A stretch of 37,594 nt of DNA, from positions 1-37,594 of the forward strand of contig MEDY01000305.1 in NCBI GenBank assembly GCA_001724265.1, given 5' to 3'. The notes below the pieces were generated by a model that did not search any database, was not told the origin of the DNA, and saw only the letters and a program-made list of their open reading frames with translations. This DNA is from Rhizaria sp. SCN 62-66 (Eukaryota). Shown one piece after another: positions 1 to 12,000 of this stretch (the first letter of the stretch is position 1; each line of letters starts with the position of its first letter). The translations under genes and the position numbers were made by a program.

Positions 1-99
1 GATGACGACGTCGGTGCCGGTGGCGATGGAGGTGACCCAGCCGCCGTGACCCTTCATGTCACCCTTGTGAGTGAGAGCATACTGACCCTTGCCAGACAT
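1..99 (-). CDS. RACK1: RACK1/Asc1 (40S-associated WD40 protein), 5' end only; runs off the window
   Basis: The reverse complement of 1-99 reads MSGKGQYALTHKGDMKGHGGWVTSIATGTDVVI, matching the RACK1 N-terminal G-x-L/M-x-GH-x-GWVT-x-IAT pattern. Codon usage is C/T-ending like the neighbouring RPL3. Not in the ORF track. Confidence 0.88.
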   Translation of the reverse strand, partial: MSGKGQYALTHKGDMKGHGGWVTSIATGTDVVI

Positions 100-797
100 T
101 AGTGTTTGCTAACTATACACAAGCAAATGAGCAAACGGGATTGCAAATGAGAGAGAGTTGGGGGAAGGGGTTGGACGGTGAGCGAAGATTGGAGGGCATA
201 GAAAACGGGTAAGGCAGCAACAGCGCGTGTGCGCAAATATTGAATGAAAGAGACACGAGTCAGCTCTCCTAAGAAATTGATTCAGCAGAGCCAAAATAGT
301 CTCTTTAATATCGGAAAGTACTGAGTAAAGAATCAGTCTCGGCCACCCTCAGACAGGGCTCTTGCGGCCTACTGCGACCGTGGGCGGCGGGTCGGTTGAG
401 TTGCGCACTTTTAAGTTAGGTCGCCGGGCTGGGGGGCTGGGGGTTTGGACCAGGCAGGCCCTCTCGACGCATCCGCCGCGAATTGGCGAGAGTATGTCTG
501 GCCTTCAAAGTGGGTTTGTGGCTGTGCAGATGTATTTTCTGTGCAGTTACACCTCTGAAATATTCGCGTCTTAATTTGTCATCGCTCTATGAGGCCCCGT
601 ATGCCCTGTAAAGCACCTCGCTAAATTTATCCAGAGCGTTGTGCGGAGAGCCACCCCAACATAGTCCGCAGTGCTTTCCCAGCTCTCTAGCGGCCCCTAG
701 ATCACCCTATATGCCCCTGAATCATACTCACACAACGCTTGCGACCCTGTTTTCTTGCTCTATGTCTCTTTCTTCGACGGTCTAGGCAAGACACCCG
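100..797. promoter_or_regulatory. Divergent (head-to-head) intergenic region between RACK1 and RPL3; probable bidirectional promoter
   Basis: The two ATGs (99 on -, 798 on +) point away from each other 698 nt apart. Each is preceded by a pyrimidine tract ending in TAG. No specific promoter motif was identified. Confidence 0.55.
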
Positions 798-1973
798 ATG
801 TCCCACCGTAAGTTCGAGCACCCCCGTCACGGCTCCCTCGGCTTCGGCCCCCGTGGCCGTTCCACCTCCCACCAGGGCCGCATCCGCTCCTTCCCCAAGG
901 ACGATGCTTCCAAGAAGCCCCACCTCACCGCCTTCCTTGGCTACAAGGCTGGCATGACCCAGATCTCCCGTGAGGTGATGAAGGCCGGCTCCCGTCTTAA
1001 CAAGAAGGAGACCGTCGAGGCCGTGACCATCCTCGAGACCCCCGCCATGATCGTTGCCGGCCTTGTCGGCTACGTCGAGACCCCCCGCGGCCTCCGCGCT
1101 CTTACCACCGTTTGGGCCCAGAACCAGGACGACTCCCTCAAGCGTCGCTTCTACAAGAACTGGTACCGCGTCAAGGGCAAGGCCTTCGACAAGTACGCTG
1201 CTGTCAACTACGTCCAGAACGAGGGCAAGACCATCCAGAAGGACCTTGCTCGCATGAAGAAGTACTGCTCCGTCGTCCGCGTCCTCGCGCACACCCAGAT
1301 CCGCAAGATCGGCCTCGCGCAGAAGAAGGCTCACCTCATGGAGATCCAGGTCAACGGTGGCTCCGTTGCCGACAAGGTTGACTTCGGTCACTCCCTTTTC
1401 GAGCAGCAGGTGCCCGTCGGCTCCGTCTTCGCCAAGGACGAGATGATCGACATCATCGGTGTCACCAAGGGTCACGGTTTCGAGGGTGTCATGGGCCGCT
1501 GGGGTGTCTCCGGCCTCCCCCGCAAGACCCACCGTGGTCTCCGCAAGGTCGCCTGTATCGGCGCCTGGCACCCTGCCCGCGTCTCCATCCGCGTCGCTCG
1601 TGCCGGTCAGCGCGGCTACTTCCACCGCACCGAGATCAACAAGAAGATCTACCGCATCGGTGCTGCCGCCCGCCCCAACGGTGCCAAGGAGGTCGTCAAC
1701 TTCAACGCCTTCACCCAGGCCGACCTCACCGAGAAGGTCATCACCCCCATGGGCGGCTTCGTCGGCTACGGCTCTGTCGATGAGGACTACCTCATGCTCA
1801 AGGGTACCGTCATGGGCCCCCGCAAGCGTGTCATCACCCTCCGCAAGTCCGTCGTCACCTGCACCAACTCCGATGCCCGCGAGATCATTGACCTCAAGTT
1901 CATCAACACCTCCTCCAAGATCGGTCACGGCCACTTCCAGACCTCTGCCGAGAAGGCCGCCTTCTTCGCGTAA
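798..1973 (+). CDS. RPL3: 60S ribosomal protein L3 (uL3), 391 aa
   Basis: Contains [61 protein letters not shown] and ITPMGGF, all eukaryotic uL3 signatures. Strongly biased codon usage. Confidence 0.99.
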   Translation: MSHRKFEHPRHGSLGFGPRGRSTSHQGRIRSFPKDDASKKPHLTAFLGYKAGMTQISREVMKAGSRLNKKETVEAVTILETPAMIVAGLVGYVETPRGLRALTTVWAQNQDDSLKRRFYKNWYRVKGKAFDKYAAVNYVQNEGKTIQKDLARMKKYCSVVRVLAHTQIRKIGLAQKKAHLMEIQVNGGSVADKVDFGHSLFEQQVPVGSVFAKDEMIDIIGVTKGHGFEGVMGRWGVSGLPRKTHRGLRKVACIGAWHPARVSIRVARAGQRGYFHRTEINKKIYRIGAAARPNGAKEVVNFNAFTQADLTEKVITPMGGFVGYGSVDEDYLMLKGTVMGPRKRVITLRKSVVTCTNSDAREIIDLKFINTSSKIGHGHFQTSAEKAAFFA

Positions 1974-2312
1974 GTGCGTCACGTCTCAAACGTGCCGTCT
2001 TGTGCGCTGAAACACAGCAGCTGACTCATTCTTTGCGGTGAAGATGATGTGTGCAAACAACAATCCTTTTTAATCGCGTGTGTGAATACATTCCGGTGAA
2101 TTGCCTCTCCATTTCTAACACTTAAATATTTATTGGATTGTGTATCTTGCTTTGATTCTGGATTGTGAAGACTTAAGGATCTGCCGTGTTTGGAATTGTC
2201 TTGTTTTTGTATTGCTTGTTGTTATTCAGAATCATTTTTTGTTGTTTGTTTCTTGTATCTCCGCAGCTTCTATTCATCACTTCGTTCTTTTCGTGTGGTT
2301 ATCAACTCGTGA

Positions 2313-2346
2313 GTGTGTGTGTGTGTGTGCGTGTGTGTCTGTGCGT
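2313..2346. repeat. Imperfect (GT)n/(CA)n microsatellite
   Basis: gtgtgtgtgtgtgtgtgcgtgtgtgtctgtgcgt, immediately beyond the PIS stop codon. Confidence 0.9.
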
Positions 2347-2350
2347 GCAC

Positions 2351-3595
2351 TCAGTCGCTCTTGCCGCTGCTGCCGAAGCGGCGCGAGAAGGCACGCAACG
2401 AGGCCTCCCGGTCGTTGGGGTCGTAGTCCTCGACGCGCTGGATCGTGTGGTTGCACACGCCACCCGCGTGCGAGTGCCCGTGCCCGCCGTGCCCATGGTC
2501 GTGGACGTGGTCATGTCCGTGGCCGTAGTGCGCCGCAGCAGCGGCGGCGGCGGGCTCGGGCTCGGCAGTGGCGACTGCGGCCATAGTAGAGGCGGGGGCG
2601 GCGGGGGCCGTGTAAGGCACCGGCTCGGTCTCGATCAGCGGGGGCAGGCCGGACGCGGCGCGGGCGTCGCGGATGGCGAGCTCCTGCACGCAGTCGTAGA
2701 GCTGAGGCGTGGTGCGGGATAGAGAGAACAAATGGTGAGTTGCAAAGGTGAGAGTCTTGTTGGCATGGCATCGAAGATGTCGCACGTATACGAATACTAC
2801 AGTCGATAATAGCAATACATCGAATTTAACACATCAAAATCTATCATAAACACGCAAAGAGTGATTGAACTGCGCTTATTTTCGCTCGCTTTACGCCGTA
2901 CCTGGACGAAGTTCATGAACTGCTTAGCGACGAAGATGGGGAAGGACACGGTCGCAGTAAGCGTGAGCAGCTCGTGCTGGAAGTGGCCCATGAGGTAGGC
3001 GCAGATGACGAAAAGCTCGTTGCCGCAGCAGAAGACGAGGAGCGCGTAGGGGAACGTATAGTAGAAGTTGAGCATCGCGTTCTTGCTGCCCTTGTGCGTC
3101 TTGCTGCCCGAGGTGGCCTTGGTGTACATCTGGAACCAGTGCGAGACGATGTCGAGCACGACAAGCCCCGCGAAGAGCGCCCAGAGCGAAGGGTACACGT
3201 GCGAGAGCACGATGAGCAGCACGGCTGTGCCCATGCGGTCAGTCAGCATGTCGAGCAGCGCGCCCAGCGTCGAGACCTGGCCCAGCGCGCGGGCCGCCAC
3301 GCCGTCGATGGCGTCCATGCCCTGACCCAGGAAGTAGTAGACCATCGCGCGCACGGGCGAGTCGAACACGTAGTAGAATGACAGCGAGCAAAAAAAGATC
3401 CGCAGATAGCCTGTAGAGATGCGATTGCAGAAGAGAAAATAGACAAGTTGGTGTGAGGCGGACGCCGAGTATCGAAGCGTAGAGAGAGACAAAAAAGAGG
3501 TGAAGCAAGATGACATGGTCGTATATTCTAGATGACGTACCGATAATGTTCGGCACATAGAGGATAACCCCGAGCGGGGTGACAACCTTGGCCAT
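2351..3595 (-). CDS. PIS1: CDP-diacylglycerol--inositol 3-phosphatidyltransferase (phosphatidylinositol synthase), 3 exons, 304 aa
   Basis: Exons 3595-3541, 3410-2902 and 2701-2351, joined by GT-AG introns 3540-3411 (GTACGT..TACAG) and 2901-2702 (GTACGG..CTCAG); frame is preserved. Carries YVPNIIGYLRI, the CDP-alcohol phosphotransferase motif DAIDGVAARALGQVSTLGALLDMLTD, and LDIVSHW, CCGNELF, KQFMNFVQL. Confidence 0.95.
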
Positions 3596-4040
3596 CGAAG
3601 CTAAAAAGAAGACATGCGTGAGACAGTAACAGTGAGCGATCTGAGACTTGCATTGCAACAAAAATAGACAAGATAGAGCATTCAATCCACAGTGTAATTT
3701 GAATAAAAGATTCAATGCATATATTATTGTCTATTCATCACAGTGGCTCTACGAACAACGGATTCCACATGCTATGAAATTCAATATAGTTCACCGTACT
3801 TCGTCAGCAACCACAAACCATTTCGGGCGCGAGAGTCGTTCGGAAACCACTTTTTAGTTGATACACGATGCCAAGGGACATCTCAGGAGTTAGTGTGAAG
3901 TTGATAAGAAACTAACTGTATTGCTCTTCCGAGATCCGGTGCTTTATTCGCACCAAGCGGCTTAATAGATAGTATAAATATGGTTAATAATGAGTGACTC
4001 TTCACAGACGAGCAACGCAATCACACACCGACTTGCGAGC

Positions 4041-7000
4041 TTACTTCTTGCTCTTGCCCTTGTTCTTCGCCGCCTCAGCTGCGTTGGCCGCCGCCGCCCT
4101 GGCCGCGTTGGCAGCAATGCGCGCGGCCTCGGCGGCGGCGAGCCTGACGTCGTCGGCGGCCTGGTCCACGGCGGTGTGGCGCTTCATCTCCTCGACGAAG
4201 CGCTGCTTGACCTCGGCGTCCTGCTGCTTGCGGAGCACGGCCTGCTGCTCGATCGTGCGCGCGCCCGTCACGTCGCGCAACTCATCCAGCACCAGCGTCT
4301 CCTTCATCACGATGTGTGACGGCAGGCGCGAGTTGAACACGAGGCGCACGTAGTCGTCATTGCGGCTGCCCTGCACGATCGGGTGCTGGCGCGCCTGAGC
4401 CACGAACGCGTCCTCCTCCTCCTGTGTCGGGAAGCCCAGCGTCGAGACGCCGTGGATCGCGCCAGAGGCCTTGCGCGCGGCGCGGCCCGCCTCGGACATG
4501 TCGATGTCTCGCCGGCCTGGGCCCTGCGCCGCGGGCATGTTCTGCTGGAACAGGCCCATCGTCACCACGTCGTCCTGGTCCTAAGATTGGGGAGAAACAT
4601 ACAGAGACAATGTAGATAAAGTTGGGTGAGAAAGTGAGAAAATAAACAATTTGAGACAATAAAGTATATACATTTTGAAAATCAAGTATTGGAATGAAAG
4701 ATCTTTGTTCTGAGAGATATATGCATTGTAAGTTTCATTCGCTGAAGTCGTACCTCGTAGATCTTGCGGATAGCCTGCTGCGTCTCGTCGACGCCCATCA
4801 TGCGCTCTCCCTTTTCGTTGAACGCGGCGCCGGTCAGCACGTCCTCTGCGTTGCTGGTGCCGAGCTGCGTGGGCGGCATGGCCAGCTGGCGCAGCGCGGC
4901 AGCCTTCTCGAGCGCGGAGCGCGGGTCGACGCGCACGACGACGTGGTCGATGCCGTACTTAGCGCGCAGCCCGCGGCGGTGCTCGAGCAGCGCCTCCTCG
5001 TCCAGCACCATCGAGCCCGACGCCGAGGCCTCAAAGCGGCCCAACAGGTCGATCACGCCGTAGCCCGCGCCCGTGGCCGTGGACGCAAACTGCGCGGGCG
5101 ACAGCGTTACAGTGGCCGGCCGCGGTGAGCTCGGCGCCAGCGCCGCCGTCGGCGACAGCAGCTCATCTAGCGAAGGTGGAGTGTAGCCCGCAAAGGCAGC
5201 CGGCAGCGGGGGCGCCGTCGCCGCGGACATGGCCGCGGACTCGGCCGCGTGCAGCGCCGCGTGCGGGGACAGCGACGCGTACGCCGCAGCGGCCGCAGAG
5301 TCCGACACCACCACGGCAGGACCAGCAGCGGTGGCAGCGGCAGCAGCGGGTGCGTTAGCATCGGCAGCGCTATCAGTCGCCGTAGCGCCAGCGTGAGCGT
5401 TCGCGCTGTGGTCGGCGACGTCGATGCCTGATGCGCGGGCGAAGAGCTTGTCGAGCATGAAGGCCGAGGGCGCGGAAGCAGCGGCGCGGGCGCGGTCGGC
5501 GGCCGCGGTGGCCTCGGCGGCAGCGGCCTCGGCGGCGCGCTCCTCCGCTGTCTTCACAGCACTAACACGAGCGCTGTCATTGGCGCTGCGGTGGTGATTG
5601 TGGTTGAGAGTAACGACACTCTCGCCAACAACACCAGTCGCCTCGGCGGCAGCAGCAGCAGCAGCAGCAGCGTCGGTCTTATCGCTACTGTTGTCGCGGC
5701 TGCGGCTAAAGAGGGCGGCCAGCGGGTTGACGCCGTTCATCGCGTTCTCACGCGCGGCGGCCGCGCCAGCGACCGAGCCCGTCCACGTCGAGGGCTCCGG
5801 TCCGAAGGGGTGCGCTGGAGCGGCCGATGCGCTGAGCGCGCTCTTGAGCCCCGAGAGAAAGACCTTCCACGGCTGCCCCAGCACCGGCACACGCGTCTTA
5901 CCGCTCTCCTCGTTCTCGCGGGACTGCGCCTGCGCCTGCTCCGCGGCGGCTGCGGCCGTGGCACCGGCGGCGCGGGCTGCGGGCAGGGCGCGCTGCTGCG
6001 CGTAGGCGTTCCACGCACGGTCGACCTCCCCGAGGGGGCCCGGCGCGAGGTCGCGCGGGCGCCGGATGAACTGGTCGAAGCGGCGGAAGTTGGGCAGCGT
6101 CGTCGTCTCGGCCACGACCGGCAGCGCCGTCTCCACGCCAGCGGTCGTCACGGCCGCGGCCTCGGCGGCTGCCGCGGCCGCGGCGCGCTGTGCGTGGCCC
6201 GCCACGGCGGCCTCGACGCTCTCGGCGCGCGCCTTGTCGGCCACCGACACGGACACCGTGGTGGTGCCGGGGGCGGGCGCGGTCGTGGCGGCGGCCAGCG
6301 AGTTGAGCGCGCCCACCCAGCCGATCTCGATGCGGAACGGGCCCGGGGGGCCGCGGATGGAGAGCCCGAAGCCCTTGACGGGCGTGCCGGTGACGCGGAC
6401 CGACGAGTCCTTGAGCATGCCGTTGGTCGCGGCCATCATGTCGCTGAAGCGGACGAAGCTGTTGACGAATGGCCGCTCGGCGGCGTTGCGCACGAGGCGC
6501 GGGTAGGCGGGCGTGGCGCCGTCGGCGGCGAGCGCGGGCGCGACGCCGGCCAGGAACAGGTCCGTGGGATTGTTGGCTTCGGGCCGCAGCGAGGCGATCC
6601 AGGGCCCGTCGTCGGTGCGGATGCAGAGGTTGAGCATGTCCCAGTGGTCGATGTCCATGCCCGGGAGCAGCGTGGGCGAGACGAGGCCGCAGAAGCCGTC
6701 CATCGTCTCCAGCACGTCGTCGTCCTGCGAAGGAAGAAAGAAGCAAACAAAACACAAAGAGAGTATATCGAACAGCCATTCGAGTTGAGACTTAATACAA
6801 TATGATGATAAAGTAATTTACATTGACATACGAAAACAAATGCTGATATGAAGTTAACGAGACATCAAGCTATACAGTAAACAGCATGTGTACGTACCTG
6901 AAGTGACGCATCGACGTCGGCAGCGTAGCTTGCGCGCTGCAGCCGCAGCCGGCGCGCCTCCTCGCTCTCCGCGCTGCCCTGCGCGGCCGCGGCGGCATTG

Positions 7001-8367
7001 ATCGAGGACGTGGCGTTGCCCTGCTTGGCCGCGGCGACGGCGGCGGCGGCGGCGGCGTCTTGTGCAATGGCCCGGCGCGCGTCGCCGGCCGTGGCCCCGG
7101 AACCGAAGCTCGTGCCGAACGGGTCCGGGTCCGCCACAGCCGCCGCCGCCGCCGCGGTTGCTGAGTCAGCGGTCGCCGTGCTGGCAGCAGCGGTGGGCCT
7201 GGCGGCGTGCGCGTGCGTGTGCACGTTGGCGGCGCGCGCGGCCGCGAGGTAGGCCTCTTGGTCTGTGGGCGACAGCAGGGCCAGCTGCTCCGTGGTGAGC
7301 TCGATGACGCCGTCGGCCAGTGCGGCCGGCCGGTCGTAGTGGTTGCTCGCCGCCGCTGCACCGGCACCGCCTGCCCCTGCGCCGGCGCGGCGGCGGACAA
7401 GCGGCGCGGCGGAGCCCGCAGAGACGGCGCCGCCGTGCGTGAGGACGTGGGCCGCGAGCATGGCGCGGCGCGAGTGCAGCGCGTCCTCCCCCGCGGCGCC
7501 CGCACCTCCGGCCGCGTCGTCTGCGCCGCCGCCGTCACCGCCGCTGCCGGGGGCGAGCGACTGGCCTGTGGACGTCGAGCGCGCCGAGTTGAAGAAGCGG
7601 CGCAGCTTGCCGCCGGCCGAGTCGTACGTCTGCTTGACAACCTCCTCGCGGTCCTGGTCCGTGAGCACGAGCCGGCCCAGACGGCCCTGGAACACGAGCG
7701 TGCGCATCGGCTCGCCAGTCACGGGGTTCACGCCGTGGCCCCATGAGACGGTGCCCTGCGAGGACCCGCCGAGCTCGCGGTCGTCCAGCACGCGCCAGCC
7801 GACCAGCGCGGACCGTTCCGAAAAATCATAAAACGCGGCGTACTCGGGCGGGGGCTCGTTGCGGTAGGCGCCCGCGCGGAGCAGTGCGAGGACCGAGTTG
7901 CTGGTGCGGGGCAGCTTCTCGGGCGGCACGTAAGTCGGAGGGGCCGTGACGAAACCCACGATGCGGCGCCGCGACGTGCCCAGCGACGGCGAAGCAAGGC
8001 GCTGCTCGGCCGCCAGCGCGGGCGAGTAGCCGGGCGGCTCCAGCGACTCCGCCGCGGACGCGGCGGCGGTGGCATCAGCCGCGCTGCTGGAGAGGGATGA
8101 GAACCGGCGCTGGCCGCGGCTGCGGACTGGCAGACTAACAACATAGCTCGTGCTTGTGGCAGTGGCAATAGCGAGGCGCGGGGCAACAACTGCGAAGGTC
8201 GAGGCCGAGCGGGAGGGCTGTGCGCGTGCTGCCATGGGCTTCGACGACAGCTTGGCAGCCGCTGCTGCTGTTGCTGCGGTGGTTGTGGTGGTGGCGGGCG
8301 CGAGAGCGGCCGGGAACGAGCCGGTGGCGCGCGCGGCGACACGCAGGAGACGCGCGCGGGAGGCCAT
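4041..8367 (-). CDS. NDUFAF1: CIA30/NDUFAF1-like complex I assembly factor with large insertions, 3 exons, about 1326 aa
   Basis: Exons 8367-6898, 6724-4754 and 4580-4041; phase-0 introns 6897-6725 and 4753-4581. CIA30-type motifs: YDFS..WRVLDDRELGGSS..LVFQGRL, then DGFCG..DMLNLCIRTDDGPWIASL..FSDM..GFGLSIRGPPGPFRIEIGWV. Arg/Ser/Ala-rich presequence-like N-terminus ending RRFSS. The joining of all three exons is inferred. Confidence 0.78.
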
Positions 8368-9076
8368 CGTGTTGCTGATGCGACTGGTTGTGTAAGGTGT
8401 GTGTGTGCTGAGGGACTACGGGGGAGACGGAAAGCGCGGGGCAGGGACAGGTGAGTCATCGAGTTGGAATGGCACTACAGGGGGCTGCGGGGGATATATC
8501 TCACATAGTTAAGACAAACGCAGGTTACCCGAACAGACTTCACAAAGCATTAATGACAAACATGTGTGATATTTCGCTATTCACATTCTTTATGTCGAGA
8601 AATACTTTACAGAATGAGCTGGGGCGGGGTTCCTGACGCTCGCACTGCTTTCTCGCGATGAGCTCAGCACACTGTGAAAGATGAGTATAGATACACCAAT
8701 AACAGAATATACAACAAAACATTAATTAATTTCCGTCTTAAGTGCCGCACATGTATCAACGGAGTCTTTGCAGGTGAACTTGCATGTTTTAGGAAACATT
8801 CTGCGAGGCTCCACAAGTGACTGTGAGCTCGCTCTCACGGTCGCGCCACAATGAAGGTCATCTTCCACAAGCGCCCACGCGACAAATAAGCAGCATCATA
8901 CAATTCAATTGAAATATCGTACATCAAAATGAAAATAGTATTTGGTCTCATCATTTCAACTGCATAGTCGATCGCTGCCGTGATCTGGCTTCACTTTTCG
9001 TTCTCACTCCAAGCGTCTCACCCTTCATCCTCGACCTCGCCCCCGTCCTCTCCGTTTTCGCCTTCTCTTTAACAGA

Positions 9077-12000
9077 ATGGACCCTCAAGAGCCCCCTGGC
9101 TCGGGTCCCGAACCCACTTTTCCCGGTGCCGCCGCGGCGGCTCCCGACGCCCCGTCCTCGGCGTCCGCGGAGGCCGCCCCTGCGCCGGCCCCTGCCGATG
9201 GCTCTGCTGCCGCCGGCGACGCCGCCGCCGCTGCATCTGCTGCAGGCGAGGGCACTGCCGCTGGTGACGCGGCCGCTGATGCCGACGCACCCGCTGCGGA
9301 TACTGATGCCCCCGCGGCCGCTTCCGCTGCAGACGCCACGGCGGCTGACGGCGCGGACTCCACTGTTGCTGCTGCCGCCTCGGCTGCTGTGCCCGCGTCG
9401 CCAGCTGCCGCCTCCGCCGCGGCCGCTAGCGAGCCCGCTGCCGCTACTGAGGCCGTCGCCCCCACTACAGACAACGCCGCCACTGCGGCCGCGGACTCCG
9501 TTGCCGCTCCTGACGCCTCTGCCGCTTCAGAGTCTACTGCTCCTGCTGCCGATGCCACTGCGACCGCAGCAAAGACGGAGGCGGAGGCTGAGGCGGCCGG
9601 GAGCGCTGAGGCGGCGCCCGCTGCTGTGAAGACCGAGCCTGCCGCTGCTGCCGCCGAGGCCGATGCTGAGGCCGGCGCTGCGAAGGCGGAGACCAAGACA
9701 GAGTCCGAGTCTGCTGCTGCGGCGGCTGCTGCTGAGGCTGAGGCTGAGGCTGAGGCTGCGGCGGAGGTCAAGGCTGAGCCCGCGGACGCCGCAGCGGCCA
9801 CCGCTGCGGTTGTTACTGCGGACGCCGACGCTGCCGCGCCTGCCGCCAGCGCGGCCATGGCTGACGACGACGACGACGACACCGCCGACGCTGACGCGGC
9901 CGCAGCTGCGGCTACGGCAGTGGCCGAGACTGCTGAAGCTGACGCTGCTGCTGATGCCAAGGACTCGGCCGCTGCCGCTGCTGCTCCCGTCGGCATGGCC
10001 GACGACGACGATGACGACGACGGCAACGCCGCCGCCGAGGCCGCCACCGCCGCCGCCACTGTCAAGCCCGAGCCCGCTGCCGCTGCGGAAACTGCGGCTG
10101 AAACTGAGACTGAGACTGCGAGCGCGAGCGCGAGCGCGGGCAACGCCATGACTGACGACGACGCCGCGCCCTCATCCGCCGCCGCCGCCCCTGTCGCAAG
10201 TGCCGCTGCCGTCGCGCCAACGCGGTCGCAGCGGTCGACGCCGAGCCGCGCCGCCGCCGCCGCCGCCAAGGCAGCCGCTGCCGCCGCGCCCGCGGTGCCC
10301 TCGCTAGACTCTGCCCCTGCCCCTGTCGCCGCCCCTGCTCCTGCGAGCAAGAGCGCGAAGGCCACTGCTGTTGACGTCAAGACTGAAGACCCAAGCAGCG
10401 CCAGCAATAAGACAGAGTCGGCCGCCGCTGGTGAGATCACTGCTGCCGCTGCGACGACGGAGGCTGCAGAGGCCGAGGAGGAGGACGCTGTTGCTGCAGT
10501 CAAGGCTGAGACTGAGGCCGCCGCCGCCGCTGCCGAGGCTGAGGCCGCCACTGCCGCTGAAGCTGCCGCTGCCGCTGCCGAGGCCGCCGCAGCCGCAGAG
10601 GCCGAGGCCGCCGCTGCCGCCGCTGCTGCTGCTGCTGAGGCCGAGGCTGAGGCCGAAGCTGAGGCTGAGGCTGATCAGCACGACGACGCCGCCGCCGCTG
10701 CCGCCGCCGCTGCCTCTGCCGCGGGCGCTGACTCTGCCGCTGCTGGCTCTGGCGCTGGCGCTGGCGATGACGGGGACGCAGACGGCGACGGCGACGGCGA
10801 CGGCGACGAGGGCGACGGGTCCGTGACGCGGTGCGCGTGTGGGAACAATAGCGACGCGCTGGGCTTCATGATTGCCTGCGAGCAGTGCGAAGTCTGGCAG
10901 CACGGCGACTGCATGGGGCTCACCGAACGCACGGCGCCCGAGGCCTACTGGTGCGAGCTGTGCCGCCCTGACGACCCGCTCCACGTCACGCGCCGTGCCA
11001 CCGCCCCCAACGGCGTCTTCTACCCGCGCAAGGGCCGTAACCGCAACCGCAAGAGCGTGGCGCCCGCGGCCGGCGCCGCCGCAGGCGCCTTCGCCCCCGG
11101 GGGCGCGGGCGCGCGCGGCGGCGTCTCGCGCTCCTCGGCCGCGGCGGCCGCGGCGGCCGCGGGCGGCGGCGGCGCGCTCGGGCTGAGCCTGGGCTTTGAC
11201 CCCGTGTCCGCGACTGCCGCGGCGGCCGCGCTGCCGCCCGCGAGCCTGGCGCTGCTGTCGAGCCTGCTGCTGGATCCAGCGACGGCCTCGGCGCTGACGG
11301 CCGCTGCGGCGGCGCACGCTGCGGCCGTGGGGGCCGCCGTCGGCGCCGGGCTGGACCCCGCGGCGGCGACGGCGGCGGCCGCGGCGGCGCTCGCGCACGC
11401 GGGCGTGCTGCTGCCTCCGGGGGTCACGAGCGAGATGCTTGCCGTCCTCGCCAGCGCCGCCACCGGGTCCGCCTCGGGCGCGGGCGCTGCAGGCACCGCT
11501 GCGCCGACGACCCCCGCCCCTGGCGGCGGCGGTGGCGGCGGCGGGACGAAGCGGCGCCGTCCCGACGGCGTCGTCGCCGGCTCCAGCGGCACCCCCACCG
11601 GCCCTGCTGGCCCTGGAGGCGCGGGCGCGGGCGCGGGCGCTGGCGCTGCTTTCGGGACTGGGGACCTGGCGGCCGCGGGCGACGACAAGCGCCGGCTGAC
11701 GGCCGCCGAGGCCGACGCCGCCGCGGCCGCCGCGGCCGCCGCGGGCGTGGTCGGGCTCGGCGCCGGCGCGCTCGACGGCAGCCCGTTCGAGCGGCTGACG
11801 CTGGAGGAGCGGCGCGCGCGGCGGGACCTGGCGGTGAGCGGGCGCGCCGAGGGCAAGCTGCGGCGCAAGGGGATTGAGCTGGGCAACGCCGTCCCGCCCC
11901 CCGTCTCCGTCGCCGCCGCCGCCGCCGCCGCAGCCGCCGCTATCGGTGCGTCTGCCGACGCCGGCGCTGGTGCCGGTGGCGCGACGCCCGCGGGGGCCAA

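Noticed and set aside
702-1982. 426-aa minus-strand ORF over RPL3
   Set aside because: Antisense shadow caused by RPL3's biased codon usage; no independent protein features.
6802-6846. ATGATGA...CTGA resembling a C/D box snoRNA
   Set aside because: Only about 45 nt, antisense to the host intron, and no recognisable guide sequence.
4581-6897. Both CIA30 introns are exactly 173 nt, phase 0 and followed by GAC, suggesting an introner
   Set aside because: No convincing sequence similarity or terminal repeats between them, and other introns have similar lengths (170, 179 nt).
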